A stretch of 63,978 nt of DNA, filler included, from Intoshia linei (GCA_001642005.1; 6 parts of 6 records of this genome joined end to end with filler, not necessarily neighbours in it); one strand, 5' to 3'; positions 50,791 to 63,978 are shown, counted from the whole stretch's first letter. Program-made: numbers and translations. Notes: generated by a model not told the origin, from the sequence alone.

Positions 50791-53700
50791 ATTTTAACAT
50801 TGTTAATTTTTTAAATAAACGATAACACAAATATACATTACAATTTATATTAGTAAAGGATAATTATTTTTAGTAAGCAGTGCTTACTAAACGACCAAAT
50901 TACTATGACGAACTATAAGTTTACATCTTTCCGGCAACCTTATAGAGGACATAGTAAACTCATTGTGAAACGATTAATTAACTTTAAATTATATTAAAAA
51001 ATTAATCGGAAATTCCGATTATTTTTCTCGGATTATTGTAAGCGATTAAGTGAATATCACTCCCTAGTATGGAGTCCCTACTAATCCCCAACATATGGAA
51101 ACTTTTTACTATTTTATTTTTGCTTATGCGACAATGGAAAAAGGTAGAGAAATACTGAATTTTTTAACTATAAAAATATTACAGAAATGCGATAAAAATG
51201 TGAGGACAGTAATACATTTTTAACTGACCGTCTTAAATTTCTCAATTAAATTTCTTGGCTCTCACTACCAATTGGCTTGGACCAGCCGGTATAGTATAGT
51301 ACTTTGCATTTTGAAGCAATTAATTTATTTTCCATTCAAAACTAAACTGTTTGTTTCGTGGTTTAATACATTTTGTATACTTATAAAAATTTGATTGGTT
51401 GCTCTGTAACAATTATCATACCTTCCCTGAAGGTCCTTTAAGTCCTGGTGGGATGTATTGAAATAAATTAGATATTTTGTATTTAGATGCTCTTTGGATA
51501 ACTTTTGATATCCCTGTCACAAATTATATCGAATCTTTAAATTAATATAGTAATACTAATATCAAAATTTATACATCTCAATGAGCATTGCTCATTAAAT
51601 CAAATGTGATCTATAATAAAAAATGACATGCACTGTACAATTGATTAAAGGTTGTAAATTTAAAAAGTTTTAATTTATTGAATAATGCAAATGGAATGTA
51701 ATGGTATGTAATAATATCTAATCGGGTGTAAAATTTGATAACGATTTTCTAAAATCTATAAAACAAATATAATATTGCTGAAAGCTGATATTAAAGAGCC
51801 ACTACATCAAAAATGACACATAATTCAATTTTATAATTTAAAATAGCCTTACGGGTAAACCAATTTAAGTTATTATCAAAAAGACAATATAAAGTTAACA
51901 TAATACAGCCCGATAGGAATGAAAAATTGCATATATATCCGATATTGGAAATTAATTTATCAACGGAAATGAATATGCACATAACAATTGGTATAACATG
52001 AAAATGTGTCTTGCGCAACACAAGAATTTAAATTTAGATTGTTGATCGATAAATGACATCGAGGCATATGCTGGCCCAAGTCCAATATATACTACTTTTG
52101 TTATAATTGGTATAGTAAAAATTATGTAGTTTTGCCTAAATCCAAGACATTTAAATTAAAAATGTAGGACAATTCTCTCAATAGATTACGAGTAAAAATT
52201 TTTAAAATTCATCCTATATTGTAGCAACAGAATTGTTTGGAATATTAGATTGTAGCTTTATTAATGGCATTTAAAATTTACGAGTAATTAATAAATTTGT
52301 GTATAGATCTATATTCAATTTTAGTGCATTTTATTTCTCAATTTAATTTGGCATATTTCTTGGGTCAGAAATACTCATGCTTATAACTTTTACAAACTTT
52401 TACCAAAATACATTTACATTTTTAGACTATGACACGAAAACGTCAATCATGTTTATAAGTCATTTTTTCAATTACATAGTAAATATTTGTAGTTTAATTG
52501 ATAGTTTTATTCTAAACAATCAATATAACCACAAATTATAATGAAATATGACGCTAAACTATTATGATAAATTGTATGATACGGGAAATATTCTTTCCAG
52601 GTAAATTTTAAAATTTTATCGGTTTTGTTGTTTTAGTTGTTTTTTTATTTTTTTAATTCAATACATTGCAATTATTTTAGGTGTACCCAGTCTATTGTTA
52701 AAAATACGATATGCAAAAAAACTAAAAAAGAATTTATTGTCAAAATTTCACAAATGCAATATTTAACACCCAAACAAAAACGAGGTTTAAAATTAATTTA
52801 ATTATTAATTAAGATTAAGCGAAATTGAAAATTTACGTAGTTTCAAAGAATCAGAGAATTTAAAGGGTTTTGCATTTTTAAGCAATTAATGAATATATCA
52901 CAAAATATGAATTTTTTTTGAAGTAGACCAATGGTTATGAACTTTTTTCAAATATTCGTTTTTGTTACGGCAAAACTACAATTCATTAAAATGTAAGTCT
53001 TAAATGAGGATCGGCAACCCAGAAATTGGTCAGTTTCTGAAATGAAAAAATCTTGCAAAGAATTGATTTAATGTATTACAGTCTACCCTCTACTAAGTAA
53101 ACATTTGGGACTTGATTATTTTAGATTTTATTTTATTTTATGATTGCAGAAATATTGTGAATTGTGAACAAAATATATATTTACATAGTAACCGTAAAAT
53201 TAAAGGTTATTTATCAATTTTTCAAAATTTATTATAAACGATTCACAAAAATTTTTCGGAACTATTTATTAATCTTTAATTCATCATAATCTATTATTTT
53301 TTTAGTTGAACCAAAGTAATCAGTTATTTTAGATGATCTTGATTTTGTAGACCTTATTCCTGCATCAAACCCCACACAACGGATAATTTTTCTGGGTTAT
53401 TAACCATAAAAAATGTTATCATTTTTTTTGCAGAATAATTTTCTTTATAATGGGTCACAGGAGAGAGTTCTGGATCATCAAATTAAGAAATGATTGAGTT
53501 TTCTTCATATGTTTATTTTTTTTATTGATTATTAGTTTATTCTTTGAATTTTTTTTAAATTTTCTTTGTTCATATTGCAGAAATAAATAATTTACAAAAT
53601 GCACGTTTTGTATAAAACTTGTATAATATCAATTAGAACTTCACTTTAATTTGAAAAAATCATGTGCATAGTTCTCACACCAGAATGTTTACGATTCATT

Positions 53701-55181
53701 TATTTGTTTCATAGTTTATAAAATACAGTCAATTCTGTTCTATATAAACATCCTAGAATATTAAATCAGCTCAATATGAACACGACAACTTTGTTTAAAC
53801 AAACATTGATTGGACATTTCGAAACTTTTAATTATATTATAGAGATTTTCAACCTTTAACGTAACTTTTTCACGAATAGCGTTACTATTGCAACCTTTAT
53901 CGTTTTAATATGAAAATTTGATGCGTAAATATTGATAAAATAAGTGTGCTTTTAATTTAATTACAATTGAGAAAGTTTATTTCAAATATAACGTAAATAA
54001 ATATCTTTCTATACAAATTTATACAGTAAAATTTTTACGTTTCCATAGAAATTATCGAGTACGTATTTAGTTAGTGTGTCCATTAGGGTGTCACACCCAT
54101 CAAACAATCAAGGGCAATTAGCACTAAAAGTGTGTATTTTTAAAATAGAAAAACTAATTCGCAATCAAAAATATTTAACGCTATTTATTCGAGTTGCGTT
54201 TGTCATTTTAAATATTACTGTATAAATATTATGAAGAAATTAAAACTGAACTTTATTTTAACGGAAATTGGCGTTTAAGCTTTTAAACGTGGTACCGCCT
54301 TTATAATACTGTTCTACATGTTTAGTTATACAGTTTATTGGTTTAAATTTGATTTTAGCTCAATTTTTTTAGATTTTATTAACGATTTAATTTCTCGAAT
54401 TCTGGTTATTTACAATATAATAAATTCATTCAAATACAAAACATTATCGATCTTATTAATCATGTTTGCAATGAGTATGGTTAATACAGAGATTTCATAA
54501 TATATCAAAATTTATTAGATATTTTTTGTTAAAATAACTTTAAGGTCATTTTCAGAAGCAATAGTTAAATTAATCTTTCACAATATATTCGGGAAATTTT
54601 TTTTCATGATAAAATTCTTAATTGCACATTTTTCAATAATTATATTTAAATTTTATTCAATACATATATAAATTGCATATAATTTAGCAGATATGATCAT
54701 TTATAAGAGTAATTTCATGACAGATTTTGAAGGGAAATTTGATTATTATATCTGTTACCAAATTATTGAGGTTTGCCAATATAATTTTAATTTACACATT
54801 AAGTGTTTCGTCATTATATTTTTTTCGTAATTTTATCTTATTTAAATAAACTATTCCCTATTTTATATTATAATAAAAATAGAACCGCTTCGAAAACTGA
54901 GACCATTAAATGCTGTGTCAACCGTTTAAATTTATCATAAAATCTTAAAGGATAGAACCATTTTGATAAACCCTTTGTAAAGAAGTTTCGTGGTACCAAT
55001 TTATAAAAAAATATTTTGTTATACACAAACTAAGTTTAAAATTGTATGTCACATCGCACATAAAAAACGTCCACTTTAACAAATATTTTGGATAGAAGCT
55101 CATATGGTCATTGGTTATGTATGAATACATGGAATGAAAGTGAATCCAAATTATAAAGATACAAATATAACAAATAATTTT

Positions 55182-55281
55182 NNNNNNNNNNNNNNNNNNN
55201 NNNNNNNNNNNNNNNNNNNNNNNNNTTAATTAATTAANNNNNNNNNNNNNNNNNNNNNNNNNNNNNNNNNNNNNNNNNNNN
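55182..55281. other. Assembly gap with linker
   Basis: N-run with TTAATTAATTAA at 55226-55237. Confidence 0.97.
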
Positions 55282-56452
55282 TCTTGTTCTACATATGACA
55301 GGAATAGCGCCCTCTTTAACTTTAATATCTAGAGAAAACTTTGAAACGAGGATAACGATTTTTTTTTACTGAATATCAAATTTAAATTTTTTATTAAATC
55401 TAAGCCCATTATGGGTTTACAACTGTCCACAATTTCAAATCTGTGTTTGACAGTTCTTCCTCTATAACTGCAGTATCCTTTTCATGATCCTCGTTGGCCA
55501 ATTGAATGACCGCTAAACGATATTAAATTAGCATAACTTTTAAAAATCATTTGATCTCCAACAAATTTTATTGGTAATAAACTAACCTCACTACCAGTAT
55601 CGACAATTATTTTAATATCTCTATTGTCAATGTTGACTTTAATGGTCTTATTTGCTGAATTTATCAGTCTAATAAATTTATAATTACCGACGGATCTTCT
55701 GCTAAATTTTGGATTACACATTTTTGTAAAATGCCCAATTTTTGCACATTTAATTGTTCTTCCTGGGCAGTTATCATCATTCGCTAAATGGTTTATTGAT
55801 CCGCAACGGAAGCATCTTTTAGAAGATTTATTTACGTTGTTTTCAATTTTATTTACGCTAAGTGCATTTATACTTTCATAATTTGCACATAATTTAATAG
55901 CTTTATTCCAGATAAGTGCTTCTTCAGTTAGTAGGCGAGCCTTAATATTATTATTCTGAATTCCACGTATAAAAACGTCTAATATAATGCTTTCATCTTT
56001 ATATCCTGTTGCTCTATATAACCTCTTAATCTTAGCTATATATGAACAAAAGCTTTCATTGGGGTGTTGACTAGTGTTTAAAAAGTCTTGTCTATTTGAT
56101 AAAACATTCGTAATATCCCAGGTTTTAATTTCTGTGATCATTTCAGTATAGGACTCCTTACCATTTAGTCTACGTAATGCTTCAGCACCAATGCATATTT
56201 TTAATAATGCCATTTTTCGCTTATCATTAATACCTTCATAATTCAACACCATGAAATTTTCGAATTGGCTCATCCATTCATTTACATCCATAGTCAATTT
56301 TCCAGTAAACTTAAGTAGGTCTATGGGTTTTCCAATCCCACTTCTGACACCATTGCAATATCCTTAATTTATCAAATCCAAGACTTTGATGAAACTTTAT
56401 TTTAATGATGAACTATATTAAATTATATACAAAATGTAACTAGGACATTACA
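55282..56452 (-). mobile_element. Ty3/gypsy (Mag-like) LTR retrotransposon 5' part: LTR, PBS, gag-protease
   Basis: ORF 56297-55482 has CFRCGSINH...C, a partial second knuckle and protease VDTGSEVSLL. 99-bp LTR at 56452-56354 (TGTAATGTCC...GGATATTGCA, contains AATAAA). Confidence 0.92.
56334..56352 (-). other. Primer-binding site complementary to the tRNA-Leu 3' end
   Basis: TGGTGTCAGAAGTGGGATT, one base after the LTR terminal CA; complement of AATCCCACTTCTGACACCA as recalled for metazoan tRNA-Leu(CAA). Confidence 0.85.
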
Positions 56453-56901
56453 CTGTTGATAAACATTTACTGAGTTTGAGACTCTCAGACTGAGATGTTA
56501 AAATTATGTATTTAAATAATTATTATTAAGTGAATAATTACATCTGTTAAAATTATTCATTAGTTATTTTGCAGTTGTTAATAAAATATTAATTATAATT
56601 AATTTAATTATTGATATGGTTGGATGAATGTTGCATTCAGAATGTGCCTAATCATTGTTTTAAGACATATCAGTGAACATAGTTCAGTATCTAATTAAAA
56701 CAATATATTTGCCTTGGCTATGTTATCCAGTGTGTAAGCAATATTTTTATATTACTCTTTTTGTTAGCATCTGCAAATCCATTTGAATAACAAAATTGGA
56801 ATATATCATTCATTTTGTTTTTCTAGAACAAATTTATAAATTGGATCTCTTCCAAACACAATATTTGAATTGTTTTTATTTGATTTAAAGGTTAATTTAA
56901 C

Positions 56902-58502
56902 ATGAGTGTTTCCAAAAAAAATTCTTCAAAAGACAGCACACAGGAGAACAACATCTCTGACTCTGCTTCTTCCACCAAAATCGAAACTGCCGTAATTGTT
57001 GATAGCAAAAATGAAGCAAAATCTGAAGTCGCATCGGTACTTTCCTATGAAGAATTGAAGAAATTTGAAAAGGACCCAAAGTGGGTTAAAATTAGAATAG
57101 CCACCGTTTCTGTGTTTTGGTCATTATGGGTGATTCTTCTCGCTATTGCAATTTTGATAATTTTTCTATCTCCAAAGTGTCCCGTTATCTTGGATGTTGA
57201 TCCAAAATCTAACGCAGTAATATACAATATCAATGTTCCTAAATTTAAAGTCTCTGGGAAAGGAACGATTGGAAATTTGGCTGGTATTCAAGAAAAAATG
57301 GCGTATATTTCAAAAATGGGATCAAAATATATAGTTTTATCGTCAATTTTTGAAACTGTCAATGACGATTGCAATTACAGAAATGTGCAAGATTATTCGA
57401 AATTGAATCCAGTTTTTGGTATATCTGAAAATTTTTCTAAGCTAGCGGAAAGCATTGCAGTCAATAAAATGGAACTATTATTGAGAGTTCCACTCAATGT
57501 TGAAGGCCCTAAATGTAATCCAGGGAAACTCAATAAAAAAGACGTGAATGATATTATATCAAAGATTAAAACATTTTCTGAAAAGTTGCCAATTTCAGGT
57601 TATATTTTTGAAAATCCTACGTTTGATGAAGTAACATTACTGAAAAATGCTTTGGAAAAACTATCAAGTGACAAAACTGGAGACGAAGCTAAAAGTTTAT
57701 TCAGTGGAAAATGGATTTTATATGATATAGCTTCTGAAACTTCTTTGAAACAGTACGCAAAAGCATTGAACGACACTACTTTTATCGTATCTGATAGCAT
57801 ATATGGAGGAAGTAATAAAGGGTTATTAGTCAAGAAAATTGAGAATACTGGAGCTACAAATAATCACCTTGTGATTAGCTCTATTTTCAAGTAATTAGTT
57901 ATTTTTACAAAATTTAATTATTTTTATTTAGAGGTCATTCTATTTCTATTAATTCCGGAGTTGAATTATCGTTAGAAGGATTAAACCCATACATGATGTG
58001 GAATAACAATGAACCCACTTGTGGATTCTCTAATGATCCTGTTGCTGATTACCCAAACGAGTGCAAAAATGTCGGTGATTTTGTTAATACCCAGAACGGT
58101 CCAAATTATATATACAACGCAATCAAATTTATTACTGAATTAAGAGTAACAGAACCATCCATTAACCAAGGGGTTGTGCATGAAGTTGTTGTTAATAATA
58201 TTAATGTTATATACAGATTCAGTGCTGGATTCAGTCCTATCATTTTAATTTCCAATTCCGACAAAGTAGCACACTCTTTATGTCTCAGTAATGTGACAGC
58301 AAAACTTTCTGCTTTCATTTTAGAGGATATTGATGCCGACGAAAATAGCAAAGTCGACTTTACTTATGTATATTCTACAATGTCTCACAAATTTCCGAAA
58401 GTGATCACAGTCGAAAGTTTCTATTGTCACGATCAATCTAAATTGGTGATAGACGCAAATCATGTTCTTATTATGAAGTTGTCTTTTCATGCAGAAGATT
58501 AA
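56902..58502 (+). CDS. SLC3A2: Heteromeric amino-acid transporter heavy chain (4F2hc/CD98hc-like), 519 aa
   Basis: Exons 56902-57890 and 57932-58502 (41-nt intron). LSYEELKK...PKWVKIR...FWSLW..LLAIAILIIFLSPKC (TM plus disulfide Cys); GH13-like ectodomain GNLAGIQEKMAYI, with domain B missing and SGYIFE at the nucleophile strand. Confidence 0.9.
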
Positions 58503-58689
58503 TTAATGTATAAATATTTATTTTCCATTTTTTGTTTAATATTCGTTCCATTTAAAAATTAATAATTCTTGTACTCATTCTTGCATTTTATATTTTAATC
58601 TGTTTTACACATTAAATCTCCTAGCGTTTATACACATAATATCCCAGAATTAACTTACATTTTCTTCTGAGGTGTTTCATTAATATTTC

Positions 58690-59695
58690 ATGTTAAGTGA
58701 AGAAATAGGTATTTCATCGATTAGATATGTAAAATTGCACGGTAAGTTGAATTCGTATTTTTTATACAATTCATAGGTGGACTCCAAATAGTAGCTTGGT
58801 ATTTTTGTTTGAATCAAGCATTTATAGCCTGGAAATACATCAAAGCAGGATACCCTAATGCAATTGTAAAATAAATAGAAGCATTTATTTTCGTATCGTC
58901 ATACAATTTAAATGAATATAAATGTAGTGGCATACATTTCTGATTGGAGCTGCTTTGTTTTATTCGGTTATAGCAATAATTATCGCTTTTCTCAACGGAG
59001 ATGGATACGGACCGGTATCATTTTTGTTAATGTATCTAAATTTAGATTTATTTTACCGATGAAAGGTACAAATATGTTGTTTATTCTCACATGCCAGTAG
59101 GACTAATAACTCTAGGATTCTTGATTTTTTACGTATTTTCGAATATATTTATCATACTGTACTACATAGCACTAACTATGAATTATAATTTCTTGTTAAT
59201 TTAATTGAAATTGCATTTCTAGATACTATTTGTCTATTTCAAAAGAGTTAGTCTTCCAGGATCGACATATACAAGTGTAGATAATGTCATATGGACTGCA
59301 ATTGTTATTTTTTCTAGTAATATTCATTTTTTTATAGTTTCATATATATTCAGACGCAGCCGTTGGTATAGGATTAGTTTTACCCTTAACAACACTAATA
59401 TCGCCGTATTGGCTAATATATTTGTTGTTTGTATTTATCGTTGGTTCCATTTACCTTCATTATACATATATGAAATATAAACGACGATTAACTCCCGGTA
59501 AACGAAATTATGATAAACTAATACATTTTTAGACTTACCCAACGGTCTTGAATCTATAGTTGTACAAAGGGTTTTACTCCAAATATTGTCATAACATAAT
59601 TTTAGAGTCGGGTTAAACTGCAGATGGGAATTACAATTTTAGTGACATATTATACAATCACCTCTCTAATTTTGTTGTTGATATTTTTATATTAA
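58690..59695 (+). CDS. FRRS1/SDR2-type cytochrome b561 domain protein, 226 aa, 8 exons
   Basis: Exons 58690-58741, 58777-58865, 58928-59014, 59046-59132, 59223-59316, 59354-59497, 59533-59570, 59606-59695; all GT-AG and phase-consistent (681 nt). VKLHGGLQIVAW, WHTFLI, SHMPVG and AAVGIGLVLP parallel FRRS1 KxHGxLMFVAW, VHRMLM, YHPYLG and AAMFLGMDLP; six hydrophobic segments. Confidence 0.85.
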
Positions 59696-60040
59696 AAATA
59701 AATATGTAAATACAATGTACAAATATATTTAACTTTTAATTTTCACTCCAATCACTGGAAGAATCGTCTAAGCGTAATATAAATAAAATTAAATAAATAT
59801 TACCAAATATTTCTTTATGTCTTCATCAAATAGAAAATTAAATATGTACTATGGAATAGTGTGTTCAAACTAGTTATTTAACTAAGACTTAGTCTAAGTA
59901 CTTATACTGAGAATGCATTACACATATACATATAAATTTATTTTTACGAAATTTATCCATTCCACCATTTTATAAAGGGTTTTTTACATTAATTTTGTAA
60001 TAATTATAATGATTGAATTTTTATATTTTGATATATTTTA

Positions 60041-61102
60041 CCCTATTGCGTTAATTCTTGAAAGATGTAATGATGAAATAAGCAAATTTCAGGTTTTATG
60101 TATACATGCAATCAGTAGATTTCAGTCGATACGTATATAGGTAGATTCAAAATATAAAAAAATTTCAAACGAAACGTACATAAATGTATTCAAAATTTTT
60201 TAAAAATACAAAAGGGGTGTTTTAATGAAGAATATGACAAAAATACGAAAAAGGTTTTATATATATTTTAAACTGATAGATATTGAAATCAGATTAAATT
60301 TAGAATTTAAATATTATTTATTAACAATTTTCAGATGATTCTTCAGATATGTTCATATCACGCCAAATTAATGTATGATATTCAAAAAAACAAGGGTAGG
60401 CACATAATGACTTTAAACACACTATACAGTGGTAACACGTTGTCTTTCTTATATTCTTTAAATAACATAAACTACAATTGTTCCTTTTATTGTTAAATTT
60501 TAAATATTTTATGGTCCAAAAGTAAGGGTACAGTGTTCGTAATTGAAGTATTCGTAATTGAAATTGAATTCATTGAACTCAAATATTCAATTAGATCTAT
60601 CCTGTATTGCAAATGTGTTTTTACTTTTTTGGGGTCTTTAGAGTATTCTTTATATAATACATATGAATTATGAATTAACATGTGGATAATATAAATATAA
60701 AATTTAACTGTCCATTTTTTATTTCAATGTTCAGAAAAATATGACTTCAACATTTGATCGAATCTATCAACCCCACCCATATTTTATCATATTGAATAAT
60801 CATATCTGGTTCCGTTATTGTTGAAGTTTTATGAACATTTTTGATGTTGTGGAATGTGGATATAAAGCAAAGCACTTTTTTATCATGCCATTTTAGTAAA
60901 TTTATGCTATTTTTTTAGTAATATTCAATATCGTGTTTTTTAAGTTTATTAGTATTCACACACTTAGGAGGGCCTCTATTTTTTCTTATTGTACCACAGC
61001 AATATATTCCCTTTTTCTTCATTTCAATGCAATAAGATAAAGTATTGTAATAGTTATCCATATATAATTTATGGTTTTGATGTTCATAATTTTTGGTTAG
61101 AT
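60041..61102 (-). mobile_element. piggyBac (PGBD4-like) 3' half
   Basis: IYMDNYYN, GTIRKNRG, KWHDKK, MGGVDRFDQM and Cys-rich C-terminus CSLC...CIVC...LC..PCF..YH. Probable end TTTA|CCCT at 60041. Confidence 0.88.
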
Positions 61103-61202
61103 NNNNNNNNNNNNNNNNNNNNNNNNNNNNNNNNNNNNNNNNNNNNTTAATTAATTAANNNNNNNNNNNNNNNNNNNNNNNNNNNNNNNNNNNNNNNNNN
61201 NN
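61103..61202. other. Assembly gap with linker
   Basis: N-run with TTAATTAATTAA at 61147-61158. Confidence 0.97.
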
Positions 61203-61383
61203 GTAAAATATACTTTTGTTAATTCAACGGAAAGTTTAAAAAGTGGACACCCTACTGTACAATTATTAAAAATATACTTTTAATAAAGAGTATTAAAATA
61301 AATTATTAATTCTATTTTTTTAATTTTGGCGATCGAGTAGAAAATCACCTGCGATCGACAAGTTGGCCATTGTTTCCATAGGG

Positions 61384-61614
61384 CAGTGATGGTAAGACTT
61401 TCAGTTAGTGTGCCAAAATTTTTTTTTTATGTTTTCTTTTCTAGTTGCGTGTCACTTTTAAATGATAAATAATTTCAGGTATGTATACTTTTCTATTATT
61501 ACACACTTTTGAGTTGATTTTTCCATACCATATAAATAAGCTTTTACCAGTATTTCAGGCAGAATTCATGTGCGTGTCACTAGTGACACGTGTGTCATAT
61601 TTTTGCCATCACTG
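61384..61614. mobile_element. hAT (Buster-type) MITE
   Basis: TIRs CAGTGATGG(T/C)AA; TSD CCATAGGG / CTATAGGG; subterminal palindrome cgtgtcactagtgacacg. Confidence 0.88.
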
Positions 61615-61775
61615 CTATAGGGCCATTATAAGTACAAAAGAGAGCTTGAAAAGACTTTTTGAGCGTCTACTGTACAATTTTTTTTGAAAAAAATTTCAAA
61701 CAACGAACAGACCATTTAGTCTAAATGGAGTTTTAACTTAACTTGACATCATTTCTGATATGGTCGAATATAATT

Positions 61776-62311
61776 TCATGTATGCTGTATATAGAGTTCC
61801 ATAAACAAATATTTTTTTATGAATTTATTCGTCGGGTCGCTTGCGACCCCTGGATGACACTGTATAAGAAAATAAATATTATAATTTACAGTAAGGTTTT
61901 CTTTATCACACAATTTTAGATTAATTTCATTTTTTGTACAATTTTTATCAATTATGGAAGCGAAGTAAAGGCACAAAGCTGAATTGTCAGGGTTCTAAAA
62001 ATAATGAATTAACGACAAGATAAATAAGAAAATGTTATTAGTAAATTACATGTATATAATTAAAACGACGTTACACACACTGGCAACATTACAAGTATAA
62101 TGAAGGTAATAATTAACTTTTTTAAACCTTTAAAGTTTCTTCATCCGTTGAATATAAAATACAGTGGTTCAAAGATGGGTGGTTATCTTCCATTTTTGAT
62201 ATAGTGATAAACTCGGAAAGTTTTTTAAGGGTGATTTTATTTTCGACTGTAGAATTTCCATTAAACATGACTGTAATTGTTCCATTTACAACATTTGAAA
62301 AGTCTTCAATA
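61776..62311 (-). CDS. Unidentified multi-exon gene fragment (Cys- and N-x-S/T-rich)
   Basis: Phase-consistent exons 62311-62128, 61994-61890 and 61859-61776 with GT-AG introns. No family recognised. Confidence 0.45.
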
Positions 62312-63162
62312 CTAGAAAAACAGATTAAGTTATATAAATAATACAATTAAAAATGCATAATAATTTGATATATTAACATTAATGATTAACATATATTGCA
62401 AACTTTATTAGGGTAGTTATTATTGATATTTTTATTGCATTTTGATCGTAAAATATCATGTAACAAAGTGAAATAAATAAAACTATAATATTCCCAGGTA
62501 TGAGTAAAATATAAGAATTCAATTACATTGTATTAAATATTTTTTGTTAGTTTTGTGAATTTAAAATTTATTTATATCCTTTACTTATATGAATTAAATG
62601 TATGTCACCATGTAACTAAAAAAACTCAACTTCTAATGTATTTTTTCGAGTGATGTTTTATCCAAAATGTCATTTTCAAAATTTGAGTCCTTCAAGGTTA
62701 AAAACAAATTTATCTCTTTTTTTAAAAATAAAATCAGCCTAGAATTTAAAAAAATATCGGTCGGTACAATTAAAGGTGTTATATGAAATAAAAATGGCTT
62801 TAAAATTAAAAACTAAAATTACTTCTTATATATTCGCCGTTACCAAAAATGCTAAAACACTTTCCTAGATATAATATATAAAAATTTACTATTCACAATA
62901 CGTACGTTCCTCTTTTTGTGCATTAGACACAAGTATAGTTTTGAAGGCCAAATAAAAATACACAGACGACTAAAAATTTATATTATTATATGTCTAAATT
63001 ACGACTAGCAATCTATTATAATTATTTGATTTAATTAATTAATAAATGAAATATAAAATTACCTTTAGTTTTAACATATTTAAGTAATTATTCAGAAACG
63101 GTAAATAGGTTTTAACATTTGAATTGTTCGAACATAGCTAAATAATAAATATATATTATAAG

Positions 63163-63978
63163 TAGGGCAAATTTTTTATAACCTATAAAATTAAAAAAAT
63201 GTAACCTATAAAAAAAATTTGTAACTTTATTAACCTATAAAAAAATTTATAAACTGTTTTCAGTTGAATTCATGCTTCATCAATTAAAAAAAGTGACTAT
63301 TACTTGGAAAGTCATACAAATAATACAAAGTATTATTTTATACTTTATTATGGTACAATATTAAATATTTCTTTATATTGTCATGTGCAAAATTTCTTTG
63401 TTGTATTTATACTTTTGATATTTTGTATAGATGTTGTTTTATTCAACATACTAAAACTGCTCTCTATTCCATTAAATGTTGATGGTCCATTTCTTAATTT
63501 ACTGTACAGTGAAAAAGGCTTAGATTTATCCAAAGCCATCATCATATTTATAATGTAATTGGTTTTCAATTTTTTTTCTATGTGATGAAGTATTTTGCAT
63601 GGATCTGGAACAAATTTTAAATTTTGTAATGTTTCAAATGCTTTATTAATGTTAAATGAGTCTTGCCAATTTAATCACATCATCAATAGGTTGCAGTACA
63701 AGTTGGCCATTCATATTACTATCAATTTTTTTACAATCGAATAGCATTAATTTCTGAGGGTTTTCTAATGTACCAACCATAACATTAACATATTTAACAC
63801 CATTTAAATCTGTTTCATCCAACATCATCAATATCAATTGATTTGAGCAACACAGTTTAATTCTTTCAATTTCATTCGAATATAATAGGTCAACTTTACC
63901 ACGACAGTTATTTTCAGAAAGGGATACCTATATTGATAAATAATTCTTTTAATTTTATATTATTTAATTTATATAATG
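63163..63978 (-). mobile_element. CGGBP1-like hAT transposon, internally deleted, runs off the window
   Basis: LMMLDETD..G..YVNVMVG and IESSFSMLNK; TAGGG end with three aacctataaaa subterminal repeats. Confidence 0.75.

Noticed and set aside
51200-52100. Exon-like minus-strand segments
   Set aside because: Splice sites are plausible but the frames contain stops and no family is recognisable.

Overview
Very AT-rich (roughly 22-25% GC by eye) eukaryotic scaffold with five 100-nt gaps, each carrying a TTAATTAATTAA linker. Short GT-AG introns (often 30-60 nt) and animal-type genes point to a compact, probably parasitic, metazoan genome; this is inference and the species was not determined. Host genes I could reconstruct: the 5' part of an LCAT/PLA2G15-like lipase (-); DENND4/Crag (-, both ends missing); a 145-aa SRF (-) head-to-head with TTC4 (+) across a 186-bp spacer containing a perfect CArG box; SLC3A2/4F2hc (+); and an 8-exon FRRS1-type cytochrome b561 gene (+) that the ORF track misses and whose 4th heme His appears to be Asp. 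Decayed gene pieces include a GLD-2-like nucleotidyltransferase, a DENND4 C-terminal relic on the opposite strand, and orphan exons. Most of the rest is nested transposon debris: hAT, piggyBac, Tc1, pogo/Tigger, MULE, Merlin, Ginger-like, Mag-type gypsy, a possible Chapaev/Transib-like piece, and a dominant Helitron-like repeat. I found no rRNA, intact tRNA or CRISPR array, and no clear-cut novel multi-gene system. The best leads are the b561 gene, the SRF locus, the split DENND4 and the Helitron-like family. All homology calls are motif recognition from memory, not database searches.
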